Both the position numbers and the translations under genes were made by a program. Positions 20,835 to 30,456 of a stretch of DNA of 64,000 nt are shown here, one piece after another. The notes below the pieces were generated by a model. It saw only the letters and a list, made by a program, of their open reading frames with translations, was not told the DNA's origin and did not search any database. The stretch is from Bacilli bacterium (GTDB lineage Bacteria; Bacillota_I; Bacilli_A; RF39; UBA660): the NCBI GenBank assembly GCA_017513865.1, contig JAFWMN010000008.1:15232-79231 (forward strand). The letters are read 5' to 3'. The stretch's first letter is position 1. Every line of letters begins with the position of its first letter.

Positions 20835-21863
20835 ATGAAAAAAATAAAAGATCGAAAAGCATTAGTTATAGTGGTACTTTTAATAATATCATTAATAATG
20901 GTAGTAGGTTTTGCTGCCTTTAACTCAAATCTAATAATAAATGGAACAGCAAGTACCAATCCTAATTGGTGTATAGGGTTTGATAATACAAAGACGAATA
21001 CTTATGAGGTGACAAAAGGAGTAGTAACAGGAACAAGTCCAACAGGAACAATGACCTATGGAGGGACATCGTGCTCATCTACATATCAGCCAGTGGCTAA
21101 TCTAGGAGCAGTTTTCTATCAACCAGGAGATAAAATAGAATATACACTTACGATAGCTAATAAAGGAAGTATAGGAGCTGTAATAGAAAGTATAACCGTA
21201 GATGGAAACTCAGTAACAAGTAATCAAACTATAACCAAAGGAAATATAATATGGAAAGTATATATGCCAGAGAGTACTACCTTATCAGCAGCAACAGGGA
21301 CGACTACAATGGTAGTATCAGCAGAATTTCAAAACACAACAGATTTATCATCATATACAGCTCAAGAAAGTCAAACAATTACAGTAGGGATAAATACCAT
21401 TCAAGATGATGGAAGTAATGCAATGGAAATATCACAGAAAGTGTATGCTGTTAATACAAATAAATTGTATAAAAATATATCAACTCTTCAAAATATAGGA
21501 CAAACATATGAAAGTTGTGTAGCTACTGGAAAAAACATATGTTTAAGATACACCATAGAAAACAATGCGATAACTGGGGTAGAATTATGCTTTATGAGAA
21601 CTGGAATTGAGTATTGCATGAAAGGCTGGATAAATGAATCTTCTTTAGGGACAAAGCCAGTATATAACTCAAATATAGAAGTCTTAAATACTGCTTTTAC
21701 TGGTACAAATGCTTGTAGTGGAGGAAATTATTATTTTTGTCGAGAATCTACATACGGTCCTTATTATGGCGCTAGGAATGATGGATATTTAGATGCTTAT
21801 GATGGTATTTCTTGGCATTGTTATGCAAGTGTAAGTGATGATTATAATGCGTATTGTACGTAA
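20835..21863 (+). CDS. Cys-rich surface protein, paralog A (SipW/TasA-like signal peptide, Ig-like domain, variable C-terminus)
   Basis: Hydrophobic N-terminus ending VGFAAFNS; PGDKIEYTLTIANKG; strong similarity to 41607..42839. Confidence 0.8.
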   Translation: MKKIKDRKALVIVVLLIISLIMVVGFAAFNSNLIINGTASTNPNWCIGFDNTKTNTYEVTKGVVTGTSPTGTMTYGGTSCSSTYQPVANLGAVFYQPGDKIEYTLTIANKGSIGAVIESITVDGNSVTSNQTITKGNIIWKVYMPESTTLSAATGTTTMVVSAEFQNTTDLSSYTAQESQTITVGINTIQDDGSNAMEISQKVYAVNTNKLYKNISTLQNIGQTYESCVATGKNICLRYTIENNAITGVELCFMRTGIEYCMKGWINESSLGTKPVYNSNIEVLNTAFTGTNACSGGNYYFCRESTYGPYYGARNDGYLDAYDGISWHCYASVSDDYNAYCT

Positions 21864-21888
21864 TGTATAGATGGTTGACGCTTAATAT

Positions 21889-21917
21889 AAACTTTAGAAA
21901 ATTTCTAAAGTTTTTTT
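21889..21917 (+). terminator. Intrinsic terminator/hairpin
   Basis: AAACTTTAGAAA-A-TTTCTAAAGTTT plus T-run; near-identical to 42876..42906. Confidence 0.7.
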
Positions 21918-21989
21918 GTCTAAATTTATTTGTTTATTTTTTTCAAATAATCACATTATATTCATAGAATGTAATGGAAGGAGAAAAAT

Positions 21990-24284
21990 ATGTTTGGCAA
22001 TTTTGAAGAGGCTGCTAGAAAGGTTTTAGTAAATGCAAAAAAAGAAATGTATGATCTTCATCATCCTTATGTATCTTCTGAACATTTATTACTTGCTATT
22101 TTAAAAAGTAATGATGAAATTGTTTTAAAATTAAAAAAATATGGTTTAGATTATAATGTGTTTAAAGAAGAGGTTATAAAAGTTTTAGGTAAGGGAAGTA
22201 AACCTAGCGAGTGGTTTTTATATACACCTTTATTAAAACGTATTTTAGAAAATGCGGTAACAGATGCGAAAGAAAATAATGATGGATTAGTAACAATAAA
22301 TCATTTGTTTTTAAGTTTACTTGAAGAAGGTGAAGGTGTTGCGATTAGAATACTAATTGGAATGAATATTGATATTGATGAGATATATAATGATTTTTCT
22401 TATAAATTAATAAATATAAAAAATAATAAGAAATTATTGTTGGAAGAGTTAGGCACTAATTTAAATAAGCAAGCTATTAACGGTGAGATTGATCCAGTAA
22501 TTGGCAGAGATAAGGAAATAAAGAGAGTTTTGGAAATTTTATCTAGAAGATGTAAAAATAATCCCGTTTTAATCGGCGAAGCTGGAGTTGGTAAGACAGC
22601 TATCGTTGAAGCTATTGCAAGTATGATTGTAAATGGTGATGTTCCAATTTCATTAAAAGATAAAAGAATAATTTGTTTAGATATGGCATCAGCAGTAGCT
22701 GGTACTAAATACCGTGGTGAATTTGAAGAGAGAATGAATAAAATATTAAAAGAAATAGAGGAAAATGAAGATATTATTTTATTTGTTGATGAGATTCATA
22801 CTTTAGTTGGTGCTGGTGGGGCAGAAGGAGCAATTGATGCATCTAATATATTTAAACCAGCTTTAGCTAGAGGTAAAATTAGATGTATTGGGGCAACAAC
22901 TACTTTGGAATATAAAAAATATATTGAAAAAGATAAGGCTTTGGAAAGGCGTTTTCAAAAGGTTTTAATCGAAAAGCCCTCCAAAGAATCAGTTAAAGAT
23001 ATTTTAATGAATTTGAAAAAGATATATGAAGATTTTCATAATGTATTTATATCCTCAGATATTATAACTTTGATTATAGATTTATCGGATAAGTATATAT
23101 ATGATCGGAATGAGCCTGATAGGTCTATTGATATATTAGATGAAGTGTCGGCCATGGTTAATTTAAAAGAAAGTAGTGAAGTAATAGAGTATAAAATTAA
23201 GAAAAAAGAGTTAAAAGAGATAATTAGTAAAAAACGCTATGCTATTATAAAAAACAACTTTAAAGAAGCTAGTAAATTAAAGAAAGAAGAATATAAACTT
23301 ATGGATATAATAAATAACTTGGAATTAGACTTTTATAAACATAAGAAAAAAAGAGTAACAAAAAAGGATGTGGCTGAAGTGATTAGTATTAAATCAGGAA
23401 TTCCGGTTTATGAAATTTTGAATGATAAAAAGATGGTAATAAAGGAAACTAATAATTTATTTAAGCAAAAGATATTGGGTCAAGATAAAGCTATAAATGA
23501 GATGATAAATATTACTAAAAAAATAAAATTAGGTTTTAATGATAAGTGTTATTCTATTTTGTTTTGTGGTCCTTCTGGTGTTGGAAAAACAGCTTTAGCA
23601 ACATTATTTGGGGAAAATTTAGTTGGTGATAATGTTATTAAACTAGATATGAGTGAATATAAAGAAGCTCATAGTATTAGTAAAATTATCGGTAGTCCTC
23701 CAGGGTATGTTGGATATGATGATATTAGTATTCTAGATACTATTAAAAACAAGCCTAATTCTGTTTTAATTTTAGATGAAATTGAAAAGGCACATAGTAA
23801 TATTATTAATTTATTTTTAGGTGTTTTAGATGAAGGAATTATGAAAAGTAGTAATGGAGATATTGTAAATTTTGATAATGTTATAATTATAATGACTTCT
23901 AATTTGGGTTATTTAAATAATAGTGTTGGTTTCAGTAATATAATAAACAAAAATACCAAATTAAATGAAAATTTTTCTATTCCTTTTATGAATAGAGTAG
24001 ACAATGTTATTTTATTTAATTATCTTACTTTAGATAATGTAAGGGAAATAATAAAAATTAGACTTGATGTTTTAAAGAGGAAATATAAAGATAAAATTAG
24101 TGTTAAAATCAATAAAGATATTTATGATGAAATCTTAAAGTTGTCAAATTATGAAATATATGGGGCTAGAAAAATTGATAAAATAATAAGAGATAAAATC
24201 GAAAATCAAATTATAGATGGTATTATAAATGATGATAAGATGGTAAATATTAATTTATCGTATGGAAAAACAGAGGTTTTTTAG
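21990..24284 (+). CDS. clpC: ATP-dependent Clp protease ATP-binding subunit, ClpC-like
   Basis: Clp N-domain, GEAGVGKT, GTKYRGEFEER, GPSGVGKT, GSPPGYVGY. Confidence 0.85.
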   Translation: MFGNFEEAARKVLVNAKKEMYDLHHPYVSSEHLLLAILKSNDEIVLKLKKYGLDYNVFKEEVIKVLGKGSKPSEWFLYTPLLKRILENAVTDAKENNDGLVTINHLFLSLLEEGEGVAIRILIGMNIDIDEIYNDFSYKLINIKNNKKLLLEELGTNLNKQAINGEIDPVIGRDKEIKRVLEILSRRCKNNPVLIGEAGVGKTAIVEAIASMIVNGDVPISLKDKRIICLDMASAVAGTKYRGEFEERMNKILKEIEENEDIILFVDEIHTLVGAGGAEGAIDASNIFKPALARGKIRCIGATTTLEYKKYIEKDKALERRFQKVLIEKPSKESVKDILMNLKKIYEDFHNVFISSDIITLIIDLSDKYIYDRNEPDRSIDILDEVSAMVNLKESSEVIEYKIKKKELKEIISKKRYAIIKNNFKEASKLKKEEYKLMDIINNLELDFYKHKKKRVTKKDVAEVISIKSGIPVYEILNDKKMVIKETNNLFKQKILGQDKAINEMINITKKIKLGFNDKCYSILFCGPSGVGKTALATLFGENLVGDNVIKLDMSEYKEAHSISKIIGSPPGYVGYDDISILDTIKNKPNSVLILDEIEKAHSNIINLFLGVLDEGIMKSSNGDIVNFDNVIIIMTSNLGYLNNSVGFSNIINKNTKLNENFSIPFMNRVDNVILFNYLTLDNVREIIKIRLDVLKRKYKDKISVKINKDIYDEILKLSNYEIYGARKIDKIIRDKIENQIIDGIINDDKMVNINLSYGKTEVF

Positions 24285-26119
24285 GCCTCTGTTTTAAAAT
24301 CTATAAAAAATGTTTTATACCACACGAGAAAAACATATACAGTCCATAGTTTTCTACAATGGTTTTTCTTTGATTTATAGTGTTCTTCTAACATCTTTAA
24401 TAGTTTTTCCCTATTAAAGAAATCTTTAGTGAAATCTTCTTCAAATATTTCTTTTACAATATTATAATATTTTTCTTCTCTAAACCATTTAATGATTGGT
24501 ACTGGAAAGCCTTTTTTTCTTCTTTTATACCATTCTTCTGGTATTCTTTTTGATGCAGCTTTTCTTAATGCATATTTAGTTGTATTATGAGATATTTTAT
24601 GTTCGGTGGGTATGGTTTTAGCCAATTTAAATACTTCTTTATCTAGTATAGGTACTCTTAGTTCTAAGGAATTTGCCATACTCATTTTATCGGCTTTAAG
24701 TAAAATGTCATTTGGAAGCCAAAAATACATATCTAAATATTGCATTTTAGTTACGTCATCTCTGCCTTTTACTTTATCAAAGTATGGTTTTGTTATATCT
24801 TGGAAAGTAGTATCATTTTGATAGTTTGGATTTAAGATGTCGTTGGCTTCTTTGTTATCAAAAATAAAGGCATTTCCAACATAGTATTCTTCAATTTTTG
24901 ATCCACCTTTGGTTAAAAAGTTTTTTCCATGAAAACTTGGGAAAGGGGATACTAATTTTTTTATAAACTTTCTTATAAAAAATGGTAATTTACGATATTT
25001 TTTTAATTTTGAGTCTTCATCATATGAGGTATATCCACCAAATAATTCATCAGCCCCTTCTCCTGATAAAACAACTTTAACATCTTTAGCAGCTAATTTT
25101 GATAAAAAGTATAGAGGGACTGCTGATAAATTAGCAGTTGGTTCATCGGCATAATATTGAACTTTATCAATGCTTTCAAAAAAGTCATCAGCATTTATTA
25201 ATTCATTTTTATTTTGGATTCCTAACATATCAGATAGATCTTTTGCCATTGGTACTTCATTAAAGTCTTTATAGTCAAAGCCTACTGAGAATGTTTTATC
25301 TGGTTTTAAATAACTTACAACATATGATGAATCAATTCCACCTGATAGGTAAGCTCCTACTGGGACATCACTTATGATGTGATAATCAATTGATTTAGTA
25401 ATAGTTTTATCTATGTTATCGACGAGCTCATTTAAATCTTGGACCATTGGTTTAAAATTAATGTCGTAATATTTTTCAATTTGTAATCTATTTATTTTGT
25501 AATCATATTTAAAGTAGTGTCCTGGTCTTAATTTATATACACCTTTAAAAAAGGTTTCATCTAATACTGAAGTTTGAAATGTTAAATAAGGTTTTAAGGC
25601 GTTTTTGTTAACTTCTTTTTTAAAATCTTTATGATATAGGAGACTTTTTATTTCTGAGGCATACATAAATGTTCCATTCATGTTCGCATAGTAGAAAGGT
25701 TTTTGACCGAAATGATCTCTAGCTCCAAATAATATTTCATTTTTTTTGTCCCATATTACGAAGGCAAACATGCCTCTTAATCTATCTAGTATTTTTTCTT
25801 TATATTCTTCGTATCCGTGCAAGATTACTTCAGTATCGGAGTTTGTTTTAAAAATATGTCCTTTTTCTATTAAATCTTTTTTTATTTCTTTAAAGTTATA
25901 TATTTCACCATTATAGGTAATTACCATAGAATCATCTTCATTGGTCATCGGTTGTCTTCCAGTTTTTAAATCGATAATTGATAATCTTCTAAACCCCATA
26001 GCAATATTATCATCTTTATAGTATGATTCATCATCTGGTCCTCTATGAGCGATAGCATTATTCATTTTCTTTATTTGGTCTTTATCTTTTTTGTTTACGT
26101 ATCCACAAAATCCACACAT
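24281..26119 (-). CDS. asnB: Glutamine-hydrolysing asparagine synthase family (AsnH-like amidotransferase)
   Basis: N-terminal MCGF, HRGPD, RLSIID, LSGGIDSS, SGEGADELFGGY. Confidence 0.92.
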   Translation of the reverse strand: MCGFCGYVNKKDKDQIKKMNNAIAHRGPDDESYYKDDNIAMGFRRLSIIDLKTGRQPMTNEDDSMVITYNGEIYNFKEIKKDLIEKGHIFKTNSDTEVILHGYEEYKEKILDRLRGMFAFVIWDKKNEILFGARDHFGQKPFYYANMNGTFMYASEIKSLLYHKDFKKEVNKNALKPYLTFQTSVLDETFFKGVYKLRPGHYFKYDYKINRLQIEKYYDINFKPMVQDLNELVDNIDKTITKSIDYHIISDVPVGAYLSGGIDSSYVVSYLKPDKTFSVGFDYKDFNEVPMAKDLSDMLGIQNKNELINADDFFESIDKVQYYADEPTANLSAVPLYFLSKLAAKDVKVVLSGEGADELFGGYTSYDEDSKLKKYRKLPFFIRKFIKKLVSPFPSFHGKNFLTKGGSKIEEYYVGNAFIFDNKEANDILNPNYQNDTTFQDITKPYFDKVKGRDDVTKMQYLDMYFWLPNDILLKADKMSMANSLELRVPILDKEVFKLAKTIPTEHKISHNTTKYALRKAASKRIPEEWYKRRKKGFPVPIIKWFREEKYYNIVKEIFEEDFTKDFFNREKLLKMLEEHYKSKKNHCRKLWTVYVFLVWYKTFFIDFKTEA

Positions 26120-26131
26120 ATTATCACCTTT

Positions 26132-27340
26132 CTAGCTTTTCCAGTAGCCATTTTTATAATCTTTATAATACCTAAAATGTTTTCTTATTAAAAATAGTAT
26201 TCTTTTAAATGGCATATCTTTTTTATATAAAAGAGGGTATACCACTTTTTTCTTTCTATATAATTTTAAAATTTCTTTTTTAAATTTTTCATTTTTAACA
26301 TATTTTTTGATAATTCCTTTAGGAACGTATGTTAATCCAATGTTTTCTTTAACAATTTTAAATTCATTAGTTTTATTGTATACTAAATCATCAACGACAC
26401 ATTTTACTAAGTTATATCCAGCTGCACTTACATAGTAACTGCATCTTCCTTGTCTAGCATTTATTTCTAATATTTTATATTTTTTATCTCTGTAGTCATA
26501 TTTTATATCTAATTCAGCTAACCCCTTGAATTTTATTTTTTCCATGAAGTTTTTAAATTCTAAAACTGTTTTTTCATTATAGCCATTTGTGTTATAACCA
26601 TTAATTAAACAAGCAGCATTACCAACCATATTTTCAGTATGTTCTTGAAGGCCAATTTGGGCGAAAGATATAAATTCACATTTACTTTTTGTGTTACAGT
26701 ATACAACACTATCAAATAGACTACTATCATCACCAGGAATATATTCTTGAATAATTAAGGTATCATTATAATCACTGTTTTTAAAATAATTGATTGTTTC
26801 ATTTACTTCTTTCATACTGTTTAATTTATATATTTTCTTTTTTCCTTTGAAGTCTATGTGATTAAAGGTGATAACATTACTTGGCTTTATAATAACTGGG
26901 AAGTCAAAATCAATATTTAATTTGTCATTTAGATTATATATTATTGTTTTTGGAAGTAATCCTGAATTACCATATGTTTCATAAAATTTATCTTTCATCA
27001 TAAGTGTATCTATAAAATCTAAATCAACATAGTTAAAAACGATTCTTTTATCTAATTTATTTTTATTTGCTACTAGGAATCTTGCATATGTTTCATTAGT
27101 TGCGATGCATACTATTTTTTTAGCATCTATATTTTTGACATAATCATTCATGATTTTGGGAAAATCTTTTTGATTCCATAATTTATTATCGTAAGTAGCA
27201 TCTATTATGCTTGAATGATTAGTAAAACTCATTGGTTTTACTGATATAAGTTTTACTTTTCTGTTATAAGCTTCATGGGCACACCTTGCCATATAGTAAG
27301 CATTGGCATCACTTCCAATTATTATTACTTCAAAGTCCAT
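26132..27340 (-). CDS. ATP-grasp carboxylate-amine ligase, D-aspartate ligase-like
   Basis: FPVIIKPS, IIQEYIPGDD, EINARQGR motifs. Confidence 0.8.
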   Translation of the reverse strand: MDFEVIIIGSDANAYYMARCAHEAYNRKVKLISVKPMSFTNHSSIIDATYDNKLWNQKDFPKIMNDYVKNIDAKKIVCIATNETYARFLVANKNKLDKRIVFNYVDLDFIDTLMMKDKFYETYGNSGLLPKTIIYNLNDKLNIDFDFPVIIKPSNVITFNHIDFKGKKKIYKLNSMKEVNETINYFKNSDYNDTLIIQEYIPGDDSSLFDSVVYCNTKSKCEFISFAQIGLQEHTENMVGNAACLINGYNTNGYNEKTVLEFKNFMEKIKFKGLAELDIKYDYRDKKYKILEINARQGRCSYYVSAAGYNLVKCVVDDLVYNKTNEFKIVKENIGLTYVPKGIIKKYVKNEKFKKEILKLYRKKKVVYPLLYKKDMPFKRILFLIRKHFRYYKDYKNGYWKS

Positions 27341-27351
27341 GATGTTCCTCC

Positions 27352-28506
27352 TTAATATTTAATTTCAGTAATTTTACCTTTTTCTTTATAAATTCTAGGC
27401 ACTCTATTTGTGATAGAAATTAGTAGGGTATAAGCACTTACACCTAATTCTTTACTTCTTTTTTTAATGTCATCATAAATGATAACATCGTCATTTAATT
27501 TTACAGTATCATCAATTTTAACGGAGATCATATCCATACCGATTTCACCAATTATTTTATACTCTTTATTATTTATTCTTACTGTTAAGTTTTCATTATT
27601 TTTGAGTATTCCATCAGCAAAGCCAATAGGGATTATAGCTATTTTTATGTCTTCTATAGCTATGTATTTAGCACCGTATCCAACATATTCACCTTTTTTA
27701 ACATCTTTTATACTCATAACTGTTGAGTGTAGTGTTAAAGCAGTTTTTAATTTTAAATTATTTTTATAAGTAATAGGGGAAATATTATGTTTTTTTAGAT
27801 AAAAATCTCTTTTAATTTTTCTTAACCCTGTTGGTTCATTCATGTTTTGGTCAAAACCATACATAATAATTCCTAACCTTATACCGTTTGCGAAATCTAT
27901 TTTAGGGTGGGTTACTAACGTAAGAGATCTGCCTAAATGAACGATTGGTATTTTATTTAAATCTATAAGTGAAGTTATTTCTTTAAAATTATCTATAGCT
28001 TCGTCATAGTGTTTATCCCATATACCGCTAGTTCCAAAATGGGTATATATTCCTTCTAGGGTAATTTTACTATCTAGTAATTTTTCATATACTTCTTTTA
28101 CTTCGTTTTTGTTTTTAAAACCTAATCTATTCATGCCACTGTCAATTTTGATGTGAGCTTTTATTTTTTTGTTTAAGTCTATGGTATTAAAGTAATTCAT
28201 GTCAGTTATAGTTATAGTAATGTTTTCTTTTTCGCAGATGTTTAAATATTCACTATCAATTTTTTCTAAACATAAAATTGGAATATCTTTATTTCTTTTT
28301 CTTATATTTAGACATTCTTCTAAAGAGGAAGCTGCTAGATAGTTTATTCCGCCTTTAATTAACGAATTTATAATGTAATCTCCATGGCCATAGGCGTTTG
28401 CTTTTACAATTCCTATGTAATAATCATAGTTATAATTTTCTTTGATATTTTCTATATTGTTTGTTAAAACATCGCAGTCTATTTCTGCATAAGTTTTTCT
28501 CATCAT
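27352..28506 (-). CDS. alr: Alanine racemase family PLP enzyme (atypical active-site residues)
   Basis: VKANAYGHG, HIKIDSGMNRLG, THF, VGYG, IGFADG, RVPR. Confidence 0.85.
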   Translation of the reverse strand: MMRKTYAEIDCDVLTNNIENIKENYNYDYYIGIVKANAYGHGDYIINSLIKGGINYLAASSLEECLNIRKRNKDIPILCLEKIDSEYLNICEKENITITITDMNYFNTIDLNKKIKAHIKIDSGMNRLGFKNKNEVKEVYEKLLDSKITLEGIYTHFGTSGIWDKHYDEAIDNFKEITSLIDLNKIPIVHLGRSLTLVTHPKIDFANGIRLGIIMYGFDQNMNEPTGLRKIKRDFYLKKHNISPITYKNNLKLKTALTLHSTVMSIKDVKKGEYVGYGAKYIAIEDIKIAIIPIGFADGILKNNENLTVRINNKEYKIIGEIGMDMISVKIDDTVKLNDDVIIYDDIKKRSKELGVSAYTLLISITNRVPRIYKEKGKITEIKY

Positions 28507-28616
28507 AATATCACCACTATTATTTTACCAAATATAGATTTATAAGTAAATTAAATGGGGTATTAATTGTTATAAAAAAATAATCATTTTAGGACACATA
28601 AAAAAATTAAAAAAGT

Positions 28617-28641
28617 TTTTCCACATTTTGGTTGTGGAAAA
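28617..28641. promoter_or_regulatory. Inverted pair of DnaA-box-like 9-mers
   Basis: TTTTCCACA-7bp-TGTGGAAAA; both match TTWTNCACA. Confidence 0.45.
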
Positions 28642-28768
28642 CTCTTGAAAAATAAGGAAAAAGTAAAGATTTAGTAAACATAAGTGTCTAATAAGTGTCA
28701 AAAAAATTTGGCAAAATCATATACAAACAAAGATTGATGTGCTATAATTTGTGTAGGTGATTAAGATT

Positions 28769-29302
28769 ATGCTTGAAGAAATCAAAGTCATACTTGACGG
28801 TAATCAAAGTATTACAGGAGAAGTTAAAGATAACCTTTTAGAATTAATAACGATCTTTAATAATATGTTTAAAGACGTTAGTTTAGAGACTTTGAAAGAC
28901 AGACTTAAGAGCTTGAAGATAAAAAGGGAAAGTATGTATTTAGCTAAACTTCCATGTGAATATAAACCATTTAATAATGAAATTGTTATTAATGTAGGAA
29001 GATTTGAAGAGTGTGATGCGAAACATTGGCTTATGCATGCACTTCTTGGAATTATTACTGCTAAAGATAGTTATTATGGCTTTAATAATTCAGAAAATAC
29101 TTTTATTGCTTTAAACGAAGGCTATACTGAAATACTTACTAATAATTTAGTTGGTGATGTAGATAATAATTTTTTTACTAACGAAATTATTATAACCAAT
29201 TTAATTGGTAAAGTAATTGGTGAAAATGTTTTGTATGAAGCTTATTTTAGTAATGATTCAGAAAAATTATTAAAAGCAATGGTTGAAGCGGAGGAAAAAT
29301 AG
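28769..29302 (+). CDS. Hypothetical protein, zincin-like with degenerate HExxH
   Basis: LMHALLG...ALNEGYTE. Confidence 0.6.
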   Translation: MLEEIKVILDGNQSITGEVKDNLLELITIFNNMFKDVSLETLKDRLKSLKIKRESMYLAKLPCEYKPFNNEIVINVGRFEECDAKHWLMHALLGIITAKDSYYGFNNSENTFIALNEGYTEILTNNLVGDVDNNFFTNEIIITNLIGKVIGENVLYEAYFSNDSEKLLKAMVEAEEK

Positions 29303-29304
29303 TT

Positions 29305-29532
29305 ATGGGTATATTGGATGCTAATAATGCGGCGAATAAAGGATATTTAGAACATGTTAATAATGTTGAAGGTGTAAAACAGAGATTAACAGAAACAGTG
29401 GCAGAGTTATGTGCAGCAAAACCTGAATTAATAGAGGAAGCTAAATTATATACAGGAACTGGTGTTTATTCTGATGACGCAGTTATTAATTCTATGCAGA
29501 AAGAGGCACCATCACAAACTTTAGGGATGTAA
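29305..29532 (+). CDS. Hypothetical protein
   Basis: 75-aa ORF with GGAGG RBS, coupled to the upstream gene. Confidence 0.6.
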   Translation: MGILDANNAANKGYLEHVNNVEGVKQRLTETVAELCAAKPELIEEAKLYTGTGVYSDDAVINSMQKEAPSQTLGM

Positions 29533-29591
29533 GCTATCTTTTAATAGCTTTTTTATAAAAATAAAAACGACATAAGTCGTTATTTTTTTAC

Positions 29592-29667
29592 TGGTGACCC
29601 CTTAGGGATTCGAACCCTAGACCCACTGATTAAGAGTCAGTTGCTCTACCAACTGAGCTAAGGAGTC
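29592..29667 (-). tRNA. tRNA-Lys(CTT)
   Basis: Cloverleaf on minus strand, anticodon CTT, GTTCGAATC T-loop, encoded CCA. Confidence 0.96.
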
Positions 29668-29762
29668 ATTTGCTTCTCATAAAGTATATCACGAAAATAA
29701 AAAAAATGAAATACTAATTGTTATAAAAATAGTGTTAAATTGATTTTTTTTGTAAAAAATGC

Positions 29763-29791
29763 TTGTCAAAATTCATAAAATAAGGTATACT
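29763..29791 (+). promoter_or_regulatory. sigmaA promoter for tRNA-Ile/Glu
   Basis: TTGTCA-17-TATACT. Confidence 0.65.
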
Positions 29792-29811
29792 TAAAAAGTC
29801 AAATGACATTT

Positions 29812-29888
<77 letters not shown>

Positions 29889-29893
29889 GTTTT

Positions 29894-29969
29894 GGCCTGT
29901 TGGTGAAGCGGTTAACACACGTGCCTTTCACGCACGCATTCATGGGTTCAAATCCCGTACAGGTCACCA
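29894..29969 (+). tRNA. tRNA-Glu(TTC)
   Basis: Cloverleaf, anticodon arm CGTGC-CTTTCAC-GCACG, CCA end. Confidence 0.95.
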
Positions 29970-30040
29970 TTTTGTAAATAAAAGTCTTAATAGACTTTTT
30001 TTGTTGAAAAAATTATATAATTATTATATAATTTATGTAT

Positions 30041-30114
30041 GCCGCAATAGTATAATGGTATTACGAAGCAATGGTAATGCTTTAATCGGTGTTCAATTCA
30101 CCGTTGCGGCACCA
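30041..30114 (+). tRNA. tRNA-Thr(GGT)
   Basis: GCCGCAA/TTGCGGC acceptor stem, AAGCA-ATGGTAA-TGCTT anticodon arm, CCA end. Confidence 0.92.
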
Positions 30115-30265
30115 TTTAAAAATAACCGTTTTTTAAACGGTTTTTATAATTATCTTTTTTTAATAATTTATATGTGATATAATTGTTTTGTTAAAATTCT
30201 TTTAATTATTGTGATAGGAATTTATACATAAGAAGTAAATAAAGTTATTAATAGGGAGGAATAAG

Positions 30266-30403
30266 ATGGAAGGAAAAAACTGTAATTGTTCACCTGAATG
30301 TACTTGTGGTTGTCAAGATGATAAAGAATGTACTTGTAATGGCGAATGTACATGTGGTGAAGAAAACAACTGTGGTTCTGAATGTACATGTGAAGAAAAA
30401 TAG
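30266..30403 (+). CDS. Metallothionein-like Cys-rich peptide (45 aa, not in ORF track)
   Basis: GGGAGG RBS; MEGKNCNCSPECTCGCQDDKECTCNGECTCGEENNCGSECTCEEK; 12 Cys. Confidence 0.8.
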   Translation: MEGKNCNCSPECTCGCQDDKECTCNGECTCGEENNCGSECTCEEK

Positions 30404-30456
30404 GGAAACCTATTTTTTTATTATTGAACGTGGTATACTTATGTGGGGAGTTATAT

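Noticed and set aside
30041-30114. A at position 32 of tRNA-Thr(GGT) as an anomaly
   Set aside because: The ATGGTAA loop also occurs in Bacillus tRNA-Thr(GGT), and all stems pair.
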